A stretch of 64,000 bases of DNA from assembly GCF_009914755.1 (NCBI RefSeq), contig NC_060939.1. One strand, written 5' to 3'. Under the pieces are notes generated by a model. That model had not been told where the DNA came from, searched no databases, and saw only the letters and a list, made by a program, of their open reading frames with translations. Shown here one piece after another: positions 49,119 to 63,320 of the stretch (position 1 is its first letter; the number at the start of each line of letters is the position of its first letter). Origin of the DNA: the human T2T-CHM13v2.0 reference genome, Homo sapiens. The position numbers were made by a program, and so were the translations under genes.

Positions 49119-49943
49119 CAGATCTGAGGGTTTCATGGGCACTGCTCATCAGACGAGAGAGATAGCCTGCTGGAGAAAAAAAATATTTGCTGACCCTTCT
49201 GCTCTGAGCTGCATTTGGGGTGAGAGTCTCAGAGAGAATCAATTTCATCCAAGAAATCTGAAAACAGAGAGAAAAGAGGAGGAGCCAGCTTCAGCAGCAG
49301 CCAGAGAGACAAGGTAAGGGAGCCATAGTTCAGGCCAGGGAAAATCTTTACAAATTAAATTTCTGGCTGTAGTGGAGAAGACCTAGGGCTGCAGGAGAGG
49401 CCTTACCTCTCTGGAGAAGTCCAGTGCTCCAGGGTCAAATAGCCACCCGTGGTGTCCTAGGGAGTCGTGTAGAAAGAACAAGAAAAACCTGCCCCGGGAG
49501 AGCAGTGGCTCCCTGCCAGCCTGCCCCACCCACTGGTATCTTGAGCCCCATTTCTCCTTTATTCTTTAGCATCTCAACTCTCCTCCTAGGAGGAAGAGGG
49601 TATGGGGAGGTCCAGAGACTGTGCCTCCAGGGTGAGGTCTTAGAGTTGGGGACAATCCAGGCAAGCTGAGGGGTCGTGTAGGGCTGAAACAAGGGTGTTA
49701 CCTTCCACCTATAGAGACCCCAAGGAAGAGGCAGCTAAGGCCCTGGATCCAAAAGGAACCTTCAAAAGCTAGTCAACGGGGTTCTCTTTCTCTCTGGATC
49801 TGGCTGGCCCCTCTCTTTCACTCCTTGCTTGAAGGGCACCTGAGTGGGTCACATATGGCTGTGTTGTGAGGTCATGGTCAGTGCTACATCCACGGAAGAG
49901 CATCCTGGGGAAGGGAGGGCCTCACAGCAGATGGTGTGGGAAA

Positions 49944-49945
<2 letters not shown>

Positions 49946-49996
<51 letters not shown>
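49946..49996. repeat. (TG)~25 microsatellite
   Basis: Read directly. Confidence 0.97.
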
Positions 49997-50000
<4 letters not shown>

Positions 50001-50554
50001 CATGCAAGTGCATGTACCCAGGATGTTGGGCAGCAAGAGTCAACCTCAGCCCACCTCTTGGGGCAAAGACAGGCCGCCTAGCTATCAGCCTTCTCTGACT
50101 CTGGGCTGATGAATCACACACCATCATCTTCACCTGGACTGAGTTTGAAGAACGAGACTGCAAAGGCTTGTGGGAAGAGTCCTGAGGACAAAAGCTCAGG
50201 GAGTTCCAGGAAACCAGCCCCTCTAGTCAGCAAAGCAAAGACTCACCCTGAAGTGAGGGGGCAGGACTGCTCACCCTGCCCCACACCAGCTGGCAAGGCT
50301 TGTCCAGTCCAGACTCTGGGGCAGGTCTGCATCAGAGTCTCCAACAGCATTGGCAGCAATAGAAATCCTTCCAAAAGCCACGGCCCACTGTGTGGTACCA
50401 TCAGGGCACCCCCCCCCCCTTCTCTTTGCCAAGGATTTTTATATGCATTGCTTGCATCCCATCCACTGGAACTGTTTCATGAGTGCAACGGAGTGCCTAG
50501 AACAGCACTTTGCAGGTATTAGGCATGCAGTAAATACTTAGTGAAGGAATCAAT

Positions 50555-50720
50555 GTTTGCTTGATTTCATCCTCACAACAGTCCTGAAAAGAGGGCAATT
50601 CTATCAACCCACTTTGTCAGTGAGAAAGCTAAGGCTTACAGAAGCTGAGTGACTCACACCAGTCATTTAACTTGTGAGAGGTGCAGCCAGAACATGAATC
50701 CACGTCCACCTCACTCCAGA
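50555..50720 (-). mobile_element. MIR SINE
   Basis: TTCATCCTCACAACAGTCCTG...TGAGAAAGCTAAGGCTTACAGAAG...GCCAGAACATGAATCC. Confidence 0.65.
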
Positions 50721-52229
50721 GCTCACGGCTGTCCTCTTTCCAACACGACTGGATCTTGCCTCATCATCAAAGAAGCATCACCTGACACTTGGGAGTGGTA
50801 ACAGTTAAACGGGATACCATTGAATTCAAACAGTGAATTACTGTGGCCAGAACCAGCAAAGGAGGGAGGCCTTGTGGGAACTGGAAAAGAGGAGGAAGAA
50901 CTGGAGTGGGTGGCTTCAAAGAGCCCCAAGGCCTTCTCTGTCCAGGGATGGTAGGCATGTGCCCCACCATGGAGGAATACCCTTCTCCAACAGCCACAGA
51001 AGGTGGCGTAAGGACACAGGACCCCACAGGGCAAGAAATCTCCTTCCAGCTGGATCTTGGAAGCACATGCCACCAGCACGGACATGGAACCACCTTCAAA
51101 TGATGGAAGGATCCCTTGTACCTTGACACTGGCAAGGCAGGGGCTCACCTGTGTGCATTCTGATCTGGAGCCCCCTCATCCGGCCCCACCCCACCCTGCC
51201 CAGATCCTTCACGGCAAATCAGCCACCACCACTCTGGGGCTCCTGGAGAGTTTAGCCATCATGAGCAGGTTTCTTCAGGGCCTGATGCACTCAATGACCT
51301 CTAGTCTGCCTGGGTGGGACCTGGTGCTGCCACCCAGAGCAGCACCTCTGAGGCCCAGCCACCTACACCTGTGATATTCACCTCCACCCAGACACCTTCC
51401 AGCTCTGGCCCTCTGCACCCCCACAGGACATTCTCTTCTATCCCAGTGGGCTCATCCCAGCCCCTCCAGCACTGGGCCCCAAGCAAAACTCCTGGTCCCC
51501 TCCTGGAGACCAGAGCTGCTGAAACCACTGCAGAGGGGTCAGGCTCTCTTGGCCATGGGGAGCTCATTATTTTAGAATATGCCTGCACCTCTGGGAAGTG
51601 TCAGGGCACAAAACAGGGTGAAAATAACAAACCGACACCACTCAGCAGCAAATGCCACACATCACAACAGGGACCTGACAAACGAAGAAAATAACTTGGA
51701 AGGGGGAGAAAGAGTTTGAGGCTCTGAATCTTGGCAGGGTGAGGAAGGTGAAATTGAAGCCTCCCAAATGTGAGTTCCTCTAAACTAGGGCACCGTCCCT
51801 GTGGTCCTGCACTTCACCCCCATCCTTGTGTCGGGTGGTGGTGGGCTGGGGCAGGCCAGTGCAGTCACAGGGCAGACAATGGAAGTCCTATCATGAGGGA
51901 GGGTCAGTTACCAGCCACACCGAATCATCTGAACTGAGGTCACCAACCCCAGGGTTGGAGAGAGAGAGTAGAAGTCAAGGAGAAAAGCCAAAATGGGCCC
52001 AGACACCAGGGGAGACACTGAAGGCAGTGGGTCAGGGCAGGAGAAGCAGAGAGACAGGAGCTTAGAGAGTTCCTAAGCCCTGGGCAGCTTCTCATGCCCT
52101 TCTCACACCTGTCACAATGGGCTTGGAAAGGTGTGTCTCTCATCACTGCCTGACTGGTCTCTGCTTCCTGTTCTGGTCACTGTACCCACTTCCTCTCCAG
52201 GGACCAATTCCTCCCTCATGCTCCACCCA

Positions 52230-52675
52230 TGGTTGGGGGTGGCACTGGCCTCACACCCTGGCTTCGGGTGGCAAGTGTCCCAGGCCTGGCCAATCAGAGT
52301 ATTCCACTCGTGACCCCTGGCCATGCCAATAGCTAATGCATGAGCTGGAAAGTAAATCCTGTTGAGAAAAAGAAAACTTGGGACGGACTGCCAGGCAGAG
52401 GCATGACATGAGCCTCTTGCTGCCAACAGTCATCATGTGGAGAGGGTCTGCCAGAGAGAGAGGAAGATAAATGGAAAACAAACTGTGGAGTAAGCAAGCA
52501 AGATAAAGAAAGAAAGCGGACGGCATTATTTGAGCCCCTGGAGCCAGCTGTACCTGACATTTCAGTTACACACTGAACTGGTAAGTTTCAGTTACACACT
52601 GAATTGATAAGTTTTATTCGAGTTTAAGCCACTTTGGGTTTGGTTTCTGTCACTTGCAACCAAAAGAGTTCTTGA
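52230..52675. mobile_element. Old MLT1 LTR (MLT1J/K-like)
   Basis: CCCAGGCCTGGCCAATCAGAG...GAGCCCCTGGAGCCAGCTGTACCTGA...TTTAAGCCACTTTGGGTTTGGTTTCTGTCACTTGCAACC. Confidence 0.7.
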
Positions 52676-53376
52676 TCCATCCAGATGCTTTAGGTCCATG
52701 AAAGGGGCCAATATAGGATGTCATCTCTGGCCAAGGCCAACTAGGTTCCTTATTTAGGAAGCAGAGATGATGCTGGCCTAGCAGAAGCTTTCCCAGATTA
52801 TCCTTGGGGGTGATGCTACAGGGCATCCTGCAGGAGGGAATCCTGCAAAAGGGGCCGTGGACCAGGCTGCTGGGAGAGGGGGTAGGTTCCGCTGCATCAT
52901 GGCCTTGCCTCCTTGTGGCCAGAGAGACACACTTGATGGAAGCCCGTACCTCACACCAAGGATAGAGACACGAAGCTCACACAGCTCTCTGGTGTCAAGC
53001 ATCACATGGTGCCAGTGGCCTCTCCTTTTGCTACACCCACCTGCGACCCTAGGGTGGGACACGCATGCTGACCTCATCCCACTTTGTGCCACTGTGGCTT
53101 TTGTGCCTGGCTTCTCGCTCCACGAAGTTGTGATCTCTTCATTGTCTGCTTCATATAATGGAATTTGTGACAAAGTTTTGTTTTGTTTTGTTTTTCTTGG
53201 AGAGAAGAAGTCCACTGCTGTTTTTCACATTTAAGAACAGGTGGCCTAAAAGTCCATTGATGGCCATGGTGAGCCTGTCTAGAACAGGGGGCTGACCTGT
53301 GCACCTGTTCGAGGGCATGCCTCAGTCTTATAAACTGGGCTTCTTGACCTTATGGCCCTCTTGTAGACAATATAGC

Positions 53377-53820
53377 TTTTTTCTTTAGTTATGGTAGAAT
53401 ACACTTAATGTAAAATTTACCATTTTAATCATTTTTAAGTGTACGCATCAGTGGTACATTCACATGGTAGTGCAACCATCACCAGCATCCATCTCTAGAA
53501 CTTTTTTCTAGAACTTTTAAGTGTACGCATCTCTAGAACTTTTAAGTGTATGCATCAGTGGTCCATTCACATGGTTGTGCAACCATCACCAGCATCCATC
53601 TCTAGAACTTTTTTCCTCTTCCCAAAAAACTCTGTCTCCATTCAGCAATAACTTCCCATCCCCCACTCTCTCCAGCCCCTGGAAGCCATCATTCTACTTT
53701 CTGTCTCTGTGATTCTGACTACTCTAGGTACCTCATATAAATAGAAACATAAGTATCTGGCCTTTTGTGATTGTTTTATTTCACTCAGTACAATGTCTTC
53801 AAGGTTCACCTATGCAACAC
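53377..53820 (-). mobile_element. L1M (L1MA/MB-like) 3' end fragment with internal tandem duplication
   Basis: TAAAATTTACCATTTTAATCATTTTTAAGTGTAC...CCAGCCCCTGG..GCCATCATTCTACTTTCTGTCTCT...CTACTCTAGGTACCTCATATAA. Confidence 0.88.
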
Positions 53821-54906
53821 AGCTTTTGAGACATTTTGTTGTCATAACTAATAACCAGTGCTTCAGCTCTTTACTGAGATGGCCAACTCGTCTGCTTCAT
53901 TTCACACCTAGGGAAGGTGAAGTTCAGAGAAGGGAATCTGTGTTTTTAAATATAGGCCTCGCACCCTATCGCCAGACTTACATTAATACTGCAAGCACTG
54001 AGCTACTCATTCCTCGTACATCTGGTACACCTACCTCTTGAACTCCTTTTCTGACAAGTAACAGGAAAACTTTCCAAGAAAGAGGAGATGGATGCAGGAC
54101 CCAAAGAATAACTTGGTTATCTATTGATTTGCTTCTCTCTCCTCACATTTCCAACCAATCTCATAAATTTGGAGAATAGTGATTTTAGAAGAAGGTTTCA
54201 TCAGGGTAAGTTTGTGATGTCTTGCCCAGGCTCAAAAGATACAACCTTATTTGAGTGAATTCATGTGACCCTAAAAGGAATTGAGCTTTCATTTCAAAGA
54301 CTCCCACCAAAAAAAAAAGAGTGATCCTGGTGTACCCATAGCCACACTCACACATAAACTCCATTACAGGGCACTGGATCTTGCTTCTAAAACTTTTCCA
54401 GCTCACCTGTTCTGACTGATGACTTCTTGCTCTGGTTGCTCCTGGCTTCTACCTGAGCTATCACTGCCATGTGGATCCCACTCTTTGTCCCAGGCCCCCA
54501 GCACTTTGTAGATGCTCCTCCAGCCGTCCAGTCTTGGCACCTGAGATGCACCTTCTGGCCCCATGCATGGCCCCCATCCAGTTTGCATCCCAGATGCTTC
54601 TATTCCCAGCCTTGAAAACAAATAAGCCAGAAAAGGGCAGTGGATACCACCCAAGAGAGCCAGTTCTTCTACCATAGGGGACAAAAGGAAACCTTGGCAC
54701 AGTATTTGGATACAAATGAGCTGAGAGTCTCCATTCCTTTCTACTGAAATCTCTCGCCTACCACAAACCGGAGAATCTCTATACCCTATCTCTTGTCCCT
54801 ACAGGAATACCCCTTGGCTTTGCCAGGAAGTTAAGGCCAACTGACATAGTATGCCTACACTTATCTGTTATGTAATAAACGCAATAGCTGGGTTCCCCCC
54901 GACAAC

Positions 54907-55195
54907 TTTTTTTCTTTTTCTTTTTTTTTTTTTTTTTGAGATGGAGTCTTATTCTATCACCCAGGCTGGAGTGCAGTGGCGCAATCTCGGCTCACTGCAA
55001 CCCCTGCCTCATGGATTCAAGCAATTTTCCTGCCTCGGCCTCCTGAGTAGCTGAGATTACATGCACACACTACCATGCCCAGCGAATTTTTGTATTTTTA
55101 GTAAAGATGGAGTTTCACCATGTTGGCCAGGCCAGCCTCTAACTCCTTGACCTCCCAAAGTGCTGAGATTACAGGTGTGAGCCACAGTGCCCAGA
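54907..55195 (-). mobile_element. AluS-type element with a short internal deletion
   Basis: Poly-T, GAGATGGAGTCT...CCCAGGCTGGAGTGCAGTGG...; lacks the GTGATCC...CCTCGG segment before CCTCCCAAAGTGCTG. Confidence 0.93.
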
Positions 55196-56846
55196 CAGGC
55201 TTTCCCTTCTAACTTAGGTGAAGTCACCAGAGCCTCATATAGGCAGAGGCTAGGCTTGATACAACTAGAGACGCTATGAAACCTTTGAGACTCCCCTGAT
55301 TGAATCGACAGGGAAATTTTACCCCATTGATGTAAAGAACAAGGGTCTGGATTAGAAGTACATTAAGAGCCTTGTGGTCGCATTATTCAACAAGCAAACA
55401 CTTCTCACTTAAGGGGATACCTGAAAAATGGTAGGTGGAAAGAGATCTGGATGGGCCTGGGTCCAAATGCTGATTTTTAAAAAGATTCTATGTTAATTCC
55501 ACTTCCATAAAATGAAGGTGATACATTTTGCCTCAAAGGGTTGAAGAATTAAGTGAAATAACGGGTATAAAAGTATTTGACATACTGCCTGACATATACT
55601 AGATTCTGAATGTCGCTTCTTTCTTTCCTCCTACCCTCCCTCCCTTCCTTCCTCCCTTCCCCCCTTTCATCAAATAAGCAATTACTTTTATTAAGAATTA
55701 GATTCCCTTGGCATCTTCCTTCCTGCTTACCTCACAACTACCCCATTCCACCGCAGGAAGAAATAGCCATCGAATCCATCCGGGTACAGAGCATTCACTA
55801 GGGTGCCTGAGGTTACTGTGTGTCTACACTCAGCTGTCTCTTCCCTCCAGTCTATACAGAGGATCCTCTTGGGACCTGGCTGTTTTTCTTTCAATGCCTT
55901 CTGTTCAGCTGGCCACAGTTAGTGAACACCTAAGATGTGCTTTCAGGCTTTAAGGCACTCTTTATCATAGAGTCCAGCAAAAGTGATTCTTTATTCCTAT
56001 TTGGTTCTCTACTCCCACTCAATGTCTTAAAACCCTGCCAAAGCATCGTTGTTGGGTCAAGACATGAGCATTCCAAGGTCTCTGGCAGATATCCCTTTAA
56101 ACTAACCTAATATGTGCCACCTACCACCAATGGGACAATTTCTGCCTTGACTGGCAGAGTTCCCTGAATGCTGGGAGGAATTCCTTCAGCTTGACCTTTG
56201 CCCAAGCCCCAGCAGACCTGTTCACCTTCCTCAGACAATCTCCCTTGGCCAAGACACCTGCCAGTCTCACTGGGGCTACCTTCATTCATTCCCTGCAGTG
56301 AGGAACTGAGGGAGGTGAAGAAGAGGCTGATGCCCACCCACCAGGAGACAGCTGGCTTGCAACACACAGTGCACTAGACAACCCTTCACTTGGAAATACT
56401 CACTGGAAGGAAAAGGCCTAACAGGATAATAGGTTGTTTTGTTTTTGTTTTTGTTTTTTTTTAAAAAAAAAGCTCTTGCTAAAGAGATGAAGAGTCTCCA
56501 TCTCCAGCCCTAGATCGGCAGTCCAGTTCTCTCACCATCTGTTTTAGGGAGGTCAGGTTTTGTGGCTAAAAAAATTGATGCTGTCCCCATAAATATAGTT
56601 CATATTGCATTGCACATATTTATAAATATAAGTGCTGTAGCACTACCACATTGCCTGTGAAGAATGCAGGCAGGTTGTGATTAGAGGTGAGCCAGTTCCT
56701 GATTGTGGGTTAATAAGCTCTGCTAATAAACTGCCTGTAGCTTTACTTAAGAAAAATAATATATTTCATCTTAGATAGAACAATTACAGTGCATGTAAAA
56801 TAGATATTTTTGCCTAATGAGCATTTGAAACGCTTTCTTTGGGGGG

Positions 56847-56848
<2 letters not shown>

Positions 56849-56883
<35 letters not shown>
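56849..56883. repeat. (CA)~17 microsatellite
   Basis: Read directly. Confidence 0.97.
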
Positions 56884-56886
<3 letters not shown>

Positions 56887-57944
56887 CACTCTTTTCTTTA
56901 AAAGAAAAAAAAATCAACCCTTACGTTCCCTCTGATTGGACTTTGCTGAGGACCAACTTCAAAAGGTTTGAGTGGTTTTCCAGTTTAAAAGCGGATCTTC
57001 CACTGATGGCCACTGGCAACAGAACAAATCTTAATGAAATCAGAGTTGGATCCCAAAGGGGGCCTGGGGGATGTGGGCTGAAGGGCAATGTGAGTCATTA
57101 AACAATAGGGCTCCGAAGAAATGCCTTAATTAGCAGTGAGAGGAAAGCTTGGAATGGGTACCCCAAGACTTCGTGTGCCAGCAAGGAGAGAGAGCAAATG
57201 AAAGGGAAGCAGCAGGAGACTGCAAGAGTGTGGGTGGTCCAAGGCAGCAGGGTAGAAATATTACTCCAGACAAGATACCAGGCAACATTTGGATCCTGGG
57301 TCTGCATGAACCTCTGATCAGCAAGGGTCTTAAAAACTTTGAGCTGGAAGAGACCTTAATTTAAGACTCTGATTCTGAGATGGCAGATACGTGATATATA
57401 TGCTACCTTTCTCTCCTCCTGCATCCCTTTGCAGACATGGCTAATTGGTGGTAGCATTCTTTCCTGCTAGTCCCAGGCAACCACTCTGAATTAATTGGAA
57501 CTGGCAAACCTCTTTGCCATCCCTGATCTAATCTTGCGTCTTTGTTTCAAGGTAAGACAAGTGAGATCCAAGATGAAATCATGTTGTTTTAAGTATTCTA
57601 AGTGACCCTCACAAAGGTCTTCAGACTCTCTCCACTACAAACCATATCCAGGAGACTTCCAGTTGTGGGTCGTTCTTGGTTTCATCAAGGACACCCTCAA
57701 ATGAATCACAATAAACCTTCAAGAACTCAGAAAATAACCCACAAGAATTCAGACAAAGAAAGTGATGTTTGTTCCAAAGACTCACCTTTGAATGAAAGAA
57801 GATCCCAGAAAATAGATGGGAGGGAGGGGAAGGATCAACGGAGCCATTAGGTCACACGCCAGCAGTAAACTTTCTCCACGGGCACTGAGCCAGGTGAGAT
57901 GGCAATGTTGCCTGAGATGAACACTGATCCTGTCTTCCAGCCTG

Positions 57945-58580
<636 letters not shown>

Positions 58581-58829
58581 CAGAGTCATCAAATCACAAC
58601 CCTTGGAGTGGGAGGGATCTCAGAAGGCACCACCTCCCACCCAATACTCAGCACAGGGCTCCTTCTCCAGGACATGAAGGTGCTTTTCCATCCTCTGTCC
58701 AACCGTGCCAGGAGCCCTGCATCCCCACAAACACAGGTGCAGGAGGAACAGCTAGCAATGCTACCAAACAATAGTGAAGAACCCACTAAGCAGAATAACG
58801 GCAATATGGCTGTGGAAGAAAGGCCTGGA

Positions 58830-59087
58830 GCCATGCAACATTGCTGGCTTTGAAGATAGATGAAGAAATCACAAGCCAAGGAAAGCGTGTACCTCTAGAA
58901 GCTGAAAAAAGCAGGGGACAGATTCTCCCATGGAGCCTCCAGAAAGGAACACAGCCACGCAGACACCTTCATTCCAGTCCAGTGAGACCCATGTCAGACT
59001 TCTAACCTACAGAACTGTAATCAATGTGTGTTGTTTGAAGCCGCCAAGTTTATGGTTTTGCTATAACAGCCATAGGAAACTAATTCA
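58830..59087. mobile_element. MLT1 (C/D-like) LTR fragment, opposite orientation to the 57945 LTR
   Basis: GCTGGCTTTGAAGAT...AAGCCAAGGAA...CTCTAGAAGCTG...GATTCTCCC..GAGCCTCCAGAAAGGAAC...CAGCCATAGGAAACTAAT. Confidence 0.82.
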
Positions 59088-59556
59088 ACCACCTAGAAAC
59101 TGATGAAGTTCTCCCAAATGCCGGCAAAGAGGAAAAGGACAAAAGCCCCAGAAGGAAAGCTGGCAGAAGTATGGGGAAAGGAGAGATAACAGGGTGCCTA
59201 CCACTTGGAAGACAGGACCCCACTGCTGTCTGCTGATGGAGACTTCCACGCACAACCAGTGTGCTCAGCGTGATGAATTCCCAGGCCCAGCTCAGTGCTG
59301 GCACAGAGTAAATGCTCAATGAAATTCTTCAAGGATTCATGGAACCCCCATATCCACCTCCTCATGGGGCCTCTAGCCTTAGAGGACAATATTGGCTAAC
59401 AGGAGTGTCTCCAGCAAGAGCCACCAGCTTCTCGTAAGGATTACAAAATCAATTTTAGAGGCAACCTTGGGTTTTCAATAACTATTTGAAAGGAAGGGCG
59501 ATCCAGAATTCCTTTTTCTTCTATAGAAGTTAGTATCTATAAAAGTCCTGCTGTAA

Positions 59557-59917
<361 letters not shown>

Positions 59918-61374
59918 TAGCAGTTTAACCCTTGAATGGCAGCCTTTTCTGTGACATCATTTATCTTCCGTCTGGACTGCTCCCTTCATCCCTGAGGCCC
60001 TTGGCCAACAGGTCAACAAGCCACAGGAAGAAAACCAGAAAGGAAGGAGGGTGAGGGGCTCCTTGGAAGCTATGGTTTCTGCCAGGCCATGGAGCCAAGC
60101 CAAAGGTCCACTGTCCAATCCTGGAGAGGCTGGCAGATGACAAGTGCAACCAGTTTTCCCTTCTCCCCCAGAGCCCAGAATCCAGGGACATGTGCAAGGC
60201 ACGTCTGGTCTTCAGTGTAAAAATAAACCCAGGGCTGTTAAGCCCCAGCATATTAATGACAATTAATGATTCGCTCTAATCCTCCCCAGCTCTCCGTGGG
60301 CATCTGTGACATGCTTTGGGCTGGACACCCCTCCCCACTCCCCCGGCCTCCTGCAGATTCTGTCCATATGCTGAGCTGCTTGGGAATGCAGGTCTGGGAG
60401 GGGAGTTTCACAGGAAGAGATACTTGCTACAAAATGCCTGCTCAAGGGTAGCTGGAGAGCCCATCAGCCCTGGCTTAGGGGTCCCTTTCACCTGCTCTTC
60501 CCTGAAATCTGCAGGATGAGAGCAGCCAGTATCTCCCTACAAGACTCCCCCGGGCTGGGAGCTTTGGCCAAGGAAACGGCAGCTTCAAATATGTGCACCT
60601 GGAGGGTTACACCTTGGTGTTTCACATGCTCCAGCTCCTCAGCTTAGACCCTGCTCAAAGAGCAGCCCCATTTCACCCCTGCTGACCAGCCTCCCTGCTC
60701 AGAGTTCCAGATCCTAAAGGTGAATGGCAGCCACTGCCAGCCGTAGAAAGACTCCAACCTCTTTAACCTCTCTGCTGAGCTAGGAGTTTCTCAGAGGCAA
60801 TAAGTCTCCTTCATGCGAACCCCATCCCCCACTGCAGCATGCATCCCTTCTCACGGCATGTGCCTGGTCACCCCATCTCCTCCCCTGCCCCATAACGTGG
60901 GCGGGCAGAGACCACATCTGCCGTGTGCCTCATTCAGTCCCAGTTGCCTGGCATGGGGCTAGGTGTCACAGGTGCAGAATAAATGTTGGATGCCCGCCTG
61001 GCCAACTGGCCCCACATGGAAAGTGCTTACAGCCATGCTTCCCACGTGCTGAGTGCCCTGTGAGTGTGAGCTCTTGTTCTTGCACATCCACTGTCACATT
61101 CAGTCCTCCCACCACCCTATGCCCTAGGTGCTATTATTACTCCCATTATTTAGAGGAAGAAAATAAAGTTTCCGCAGCTGAAATAACTTGCTCCAGGTCT
61201 CACAGCTCACAGATGCTAAAGCAAAGGTCACACCCAGCTTGTATCTGCCCCATTCCCTCACAGTCATTCAGAGCAGAGGGATGTCCAGCCTTGTCAGACC
61301 GCAGCTCCTGAAGTCATTTGGCCCAAATGGACCAATCTGGCCTTCACAGCAGCCCCAGGAACCGGATTTTTATT

Positions 61375-61465
61375 ACAGACCCCCATTTTACAGATGAGGA
61401 AACTGAGGCTTAGAAGAGCTAAGCAAATTGTCAAAGTCACAGAGCAGAGCTGGGGTTTGAGTAAA
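61375..61465 (-). mobile_element. MIR SINE core
   Basis: CCCCATTTTACAGATGAGGAAACTGAGGCTTAGA...AAGTCACAGAGCAGAGCTGGGGTTTGA. Confidence 0.8.
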
Positions 61466-62984
61466 CCGTTTGTGGGTAAAGATGATTGGCACATTTCTGA
61501 CTGGTCAATATGCTGAGGACTGGATGTAGGAAAGTGAAGAAAGGCCTTGCAAGAGGCGCTCTGTGGATGTTGGTGAGAATTTGCTCTGAGGTCTGGATTC
61601 CTCACTGTGAGCTCAGAAGCAGGATGGATGTTGCTAAAGCAGGCGGTAAATTTGCTTTGTTGATCATCAGGCCATGATTTCTCTACCAAACTAGGGGTAG
61701 GTGCCTGGCTGGCTCCAGCCCAGCCCATGCATTTGTAGCCCACTCACTCAGGAGAAGGGAGGGATTGATTGCTGGAGGCTCTGCCAGCTTCTCCCTGAGC
61801 GGAATGAGCAGGAGATAAACTTTGCTGAGATAACACGCTGCCTTTTCTTGCCAGTTTCATTTGGGATTAAAACCACAATGAAAAATGAAAACAGAATCAA
61901 AAAAGGCCCGAAAACCAAGTACCTTGAAGACTTTCTCCCTCTTTGAAACCTCTGTAATTGGGCACTTATGTAGGGCAAGAATGACAGACTCTTGTAGCTA
62001 TTACGGAAATACACACAATGAGGAAATTGTTGCCTTCATAGTCCTATATGGAATGCCTATTACTCTGCTGCATTGGGTTTCCACACTGAATGTCTTCGGT
62101 AGAAAAGGAAATCTCCCTTTCCAAACCCCCAGCTGGCATTGGCAAAAAAGAATCAGGTTGCTGCCATAGACTCAAATTGACTCACCAAATTCCCCCTTAA
62201 AAAGCACAACCCCCTGCATAGGCAGGCCTGTAATGTAATGCAAAACATCCAATTCTATAATGTTTATGCTTCCATTTCAGGCATCCAGACAGCCAGGGGG
62301 AATTAACCTGCTCACCACTGTGCTTTCATCTGGCTCAGTGCCGTTGCCACCACTGCTGCTGTTTTGTTTTCCATCAGCCTCTATATTCACCTGTGTTCTC
62401 TTCTCCTTTAGCCTGGGTGTGGCTCCCATGGAGACCCAAGCTGAAAAGCACCTTCCATTCTTGCCCTTTCTTGATCTTCCAAGACACAGACTCACGGGAC
62501 TTCCATCTGAGCTGCAGCCTCTCTCTCAGATTGAAGTTGCTGTTTCAGAAGAAATCAGCAGTATCCACCTCTTTACCTAAGCAAGCAGCACAGTCCTTGA
62601 GTTTTTCTTCTAGAAAAGGATGGTGATGTGTGAAATGCCCCCACTCTCTTGACCTGTCCACACAACCAAAAGCCAGGCATGTCCAAGCAAGCAGAGTAGA
62701 CACAAAGACATATTTGTTGAGCTGTGAAACCAAATCCTGCATTAGAGTTTTTAATACCTAACCCCTTTCCCCACTTCCCCTGCACATGCACATGCATGCA
62801 CACACAAATACACACAGACACACAACACACACAGCCCTCTCGATGGCCTCTGCCTGCACATGGGTCCAAGCTGTCCAGGACCCTCTCCAGTGCATTGCAA
62901 AAGCCTCCTACCATGTCTGTCACTATTTGGCCCTCTCTCCGATCCAGCCCTGCACATTTCCAGAGCTTGGTTATGCCACTGCCT

Positions 62985-63320
62985 TGCTCAGAATCCTTCA
63001 GCAGCCTCCACTAGTCCTAGAATAAAAGCTATCCCCTTCGCCTGGCATTCACCACCTTTCCTAACCTGGCCCCAGCAAATTTCTCCAGCTGTATCTTTCA
63101 CTGCACCCACTCACCCTCTGCCCAACTGGTCTACTCTGGTCTCCTGTGCACACACCCACGCTTCTCCTCCCTGTGAGCTTGCTCATTCTACATCCTCTGC
63201 CTAGACTGCTCTCCCCTCCATCTCTACCTGTCAAATCCCACCTCTCCTTCAAAGCCCAGCTCAGGTGTCACCTCCTCCACAAAACTGCCCACACTTAGCA
63301 CGGTGCCTGGCAAAAGCAGG
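62985..63320 (+). mobile_element. L2 LINE fragment
   Basis: CCTCTGCCTAGACTGCTCTCCC...TCCTTCAAAGCCCAGCTCAGGTGTCACCTCCTCC...TAGCACGGTGCCTGGCA. Confidence 0.7.

Noticed and set aside
48752-49317. Cys/Val/Met- and His/Thr-rich ORFs resembling metal-binding proteins
   Set aside because: Translations of the degenerate CA/TG tract.
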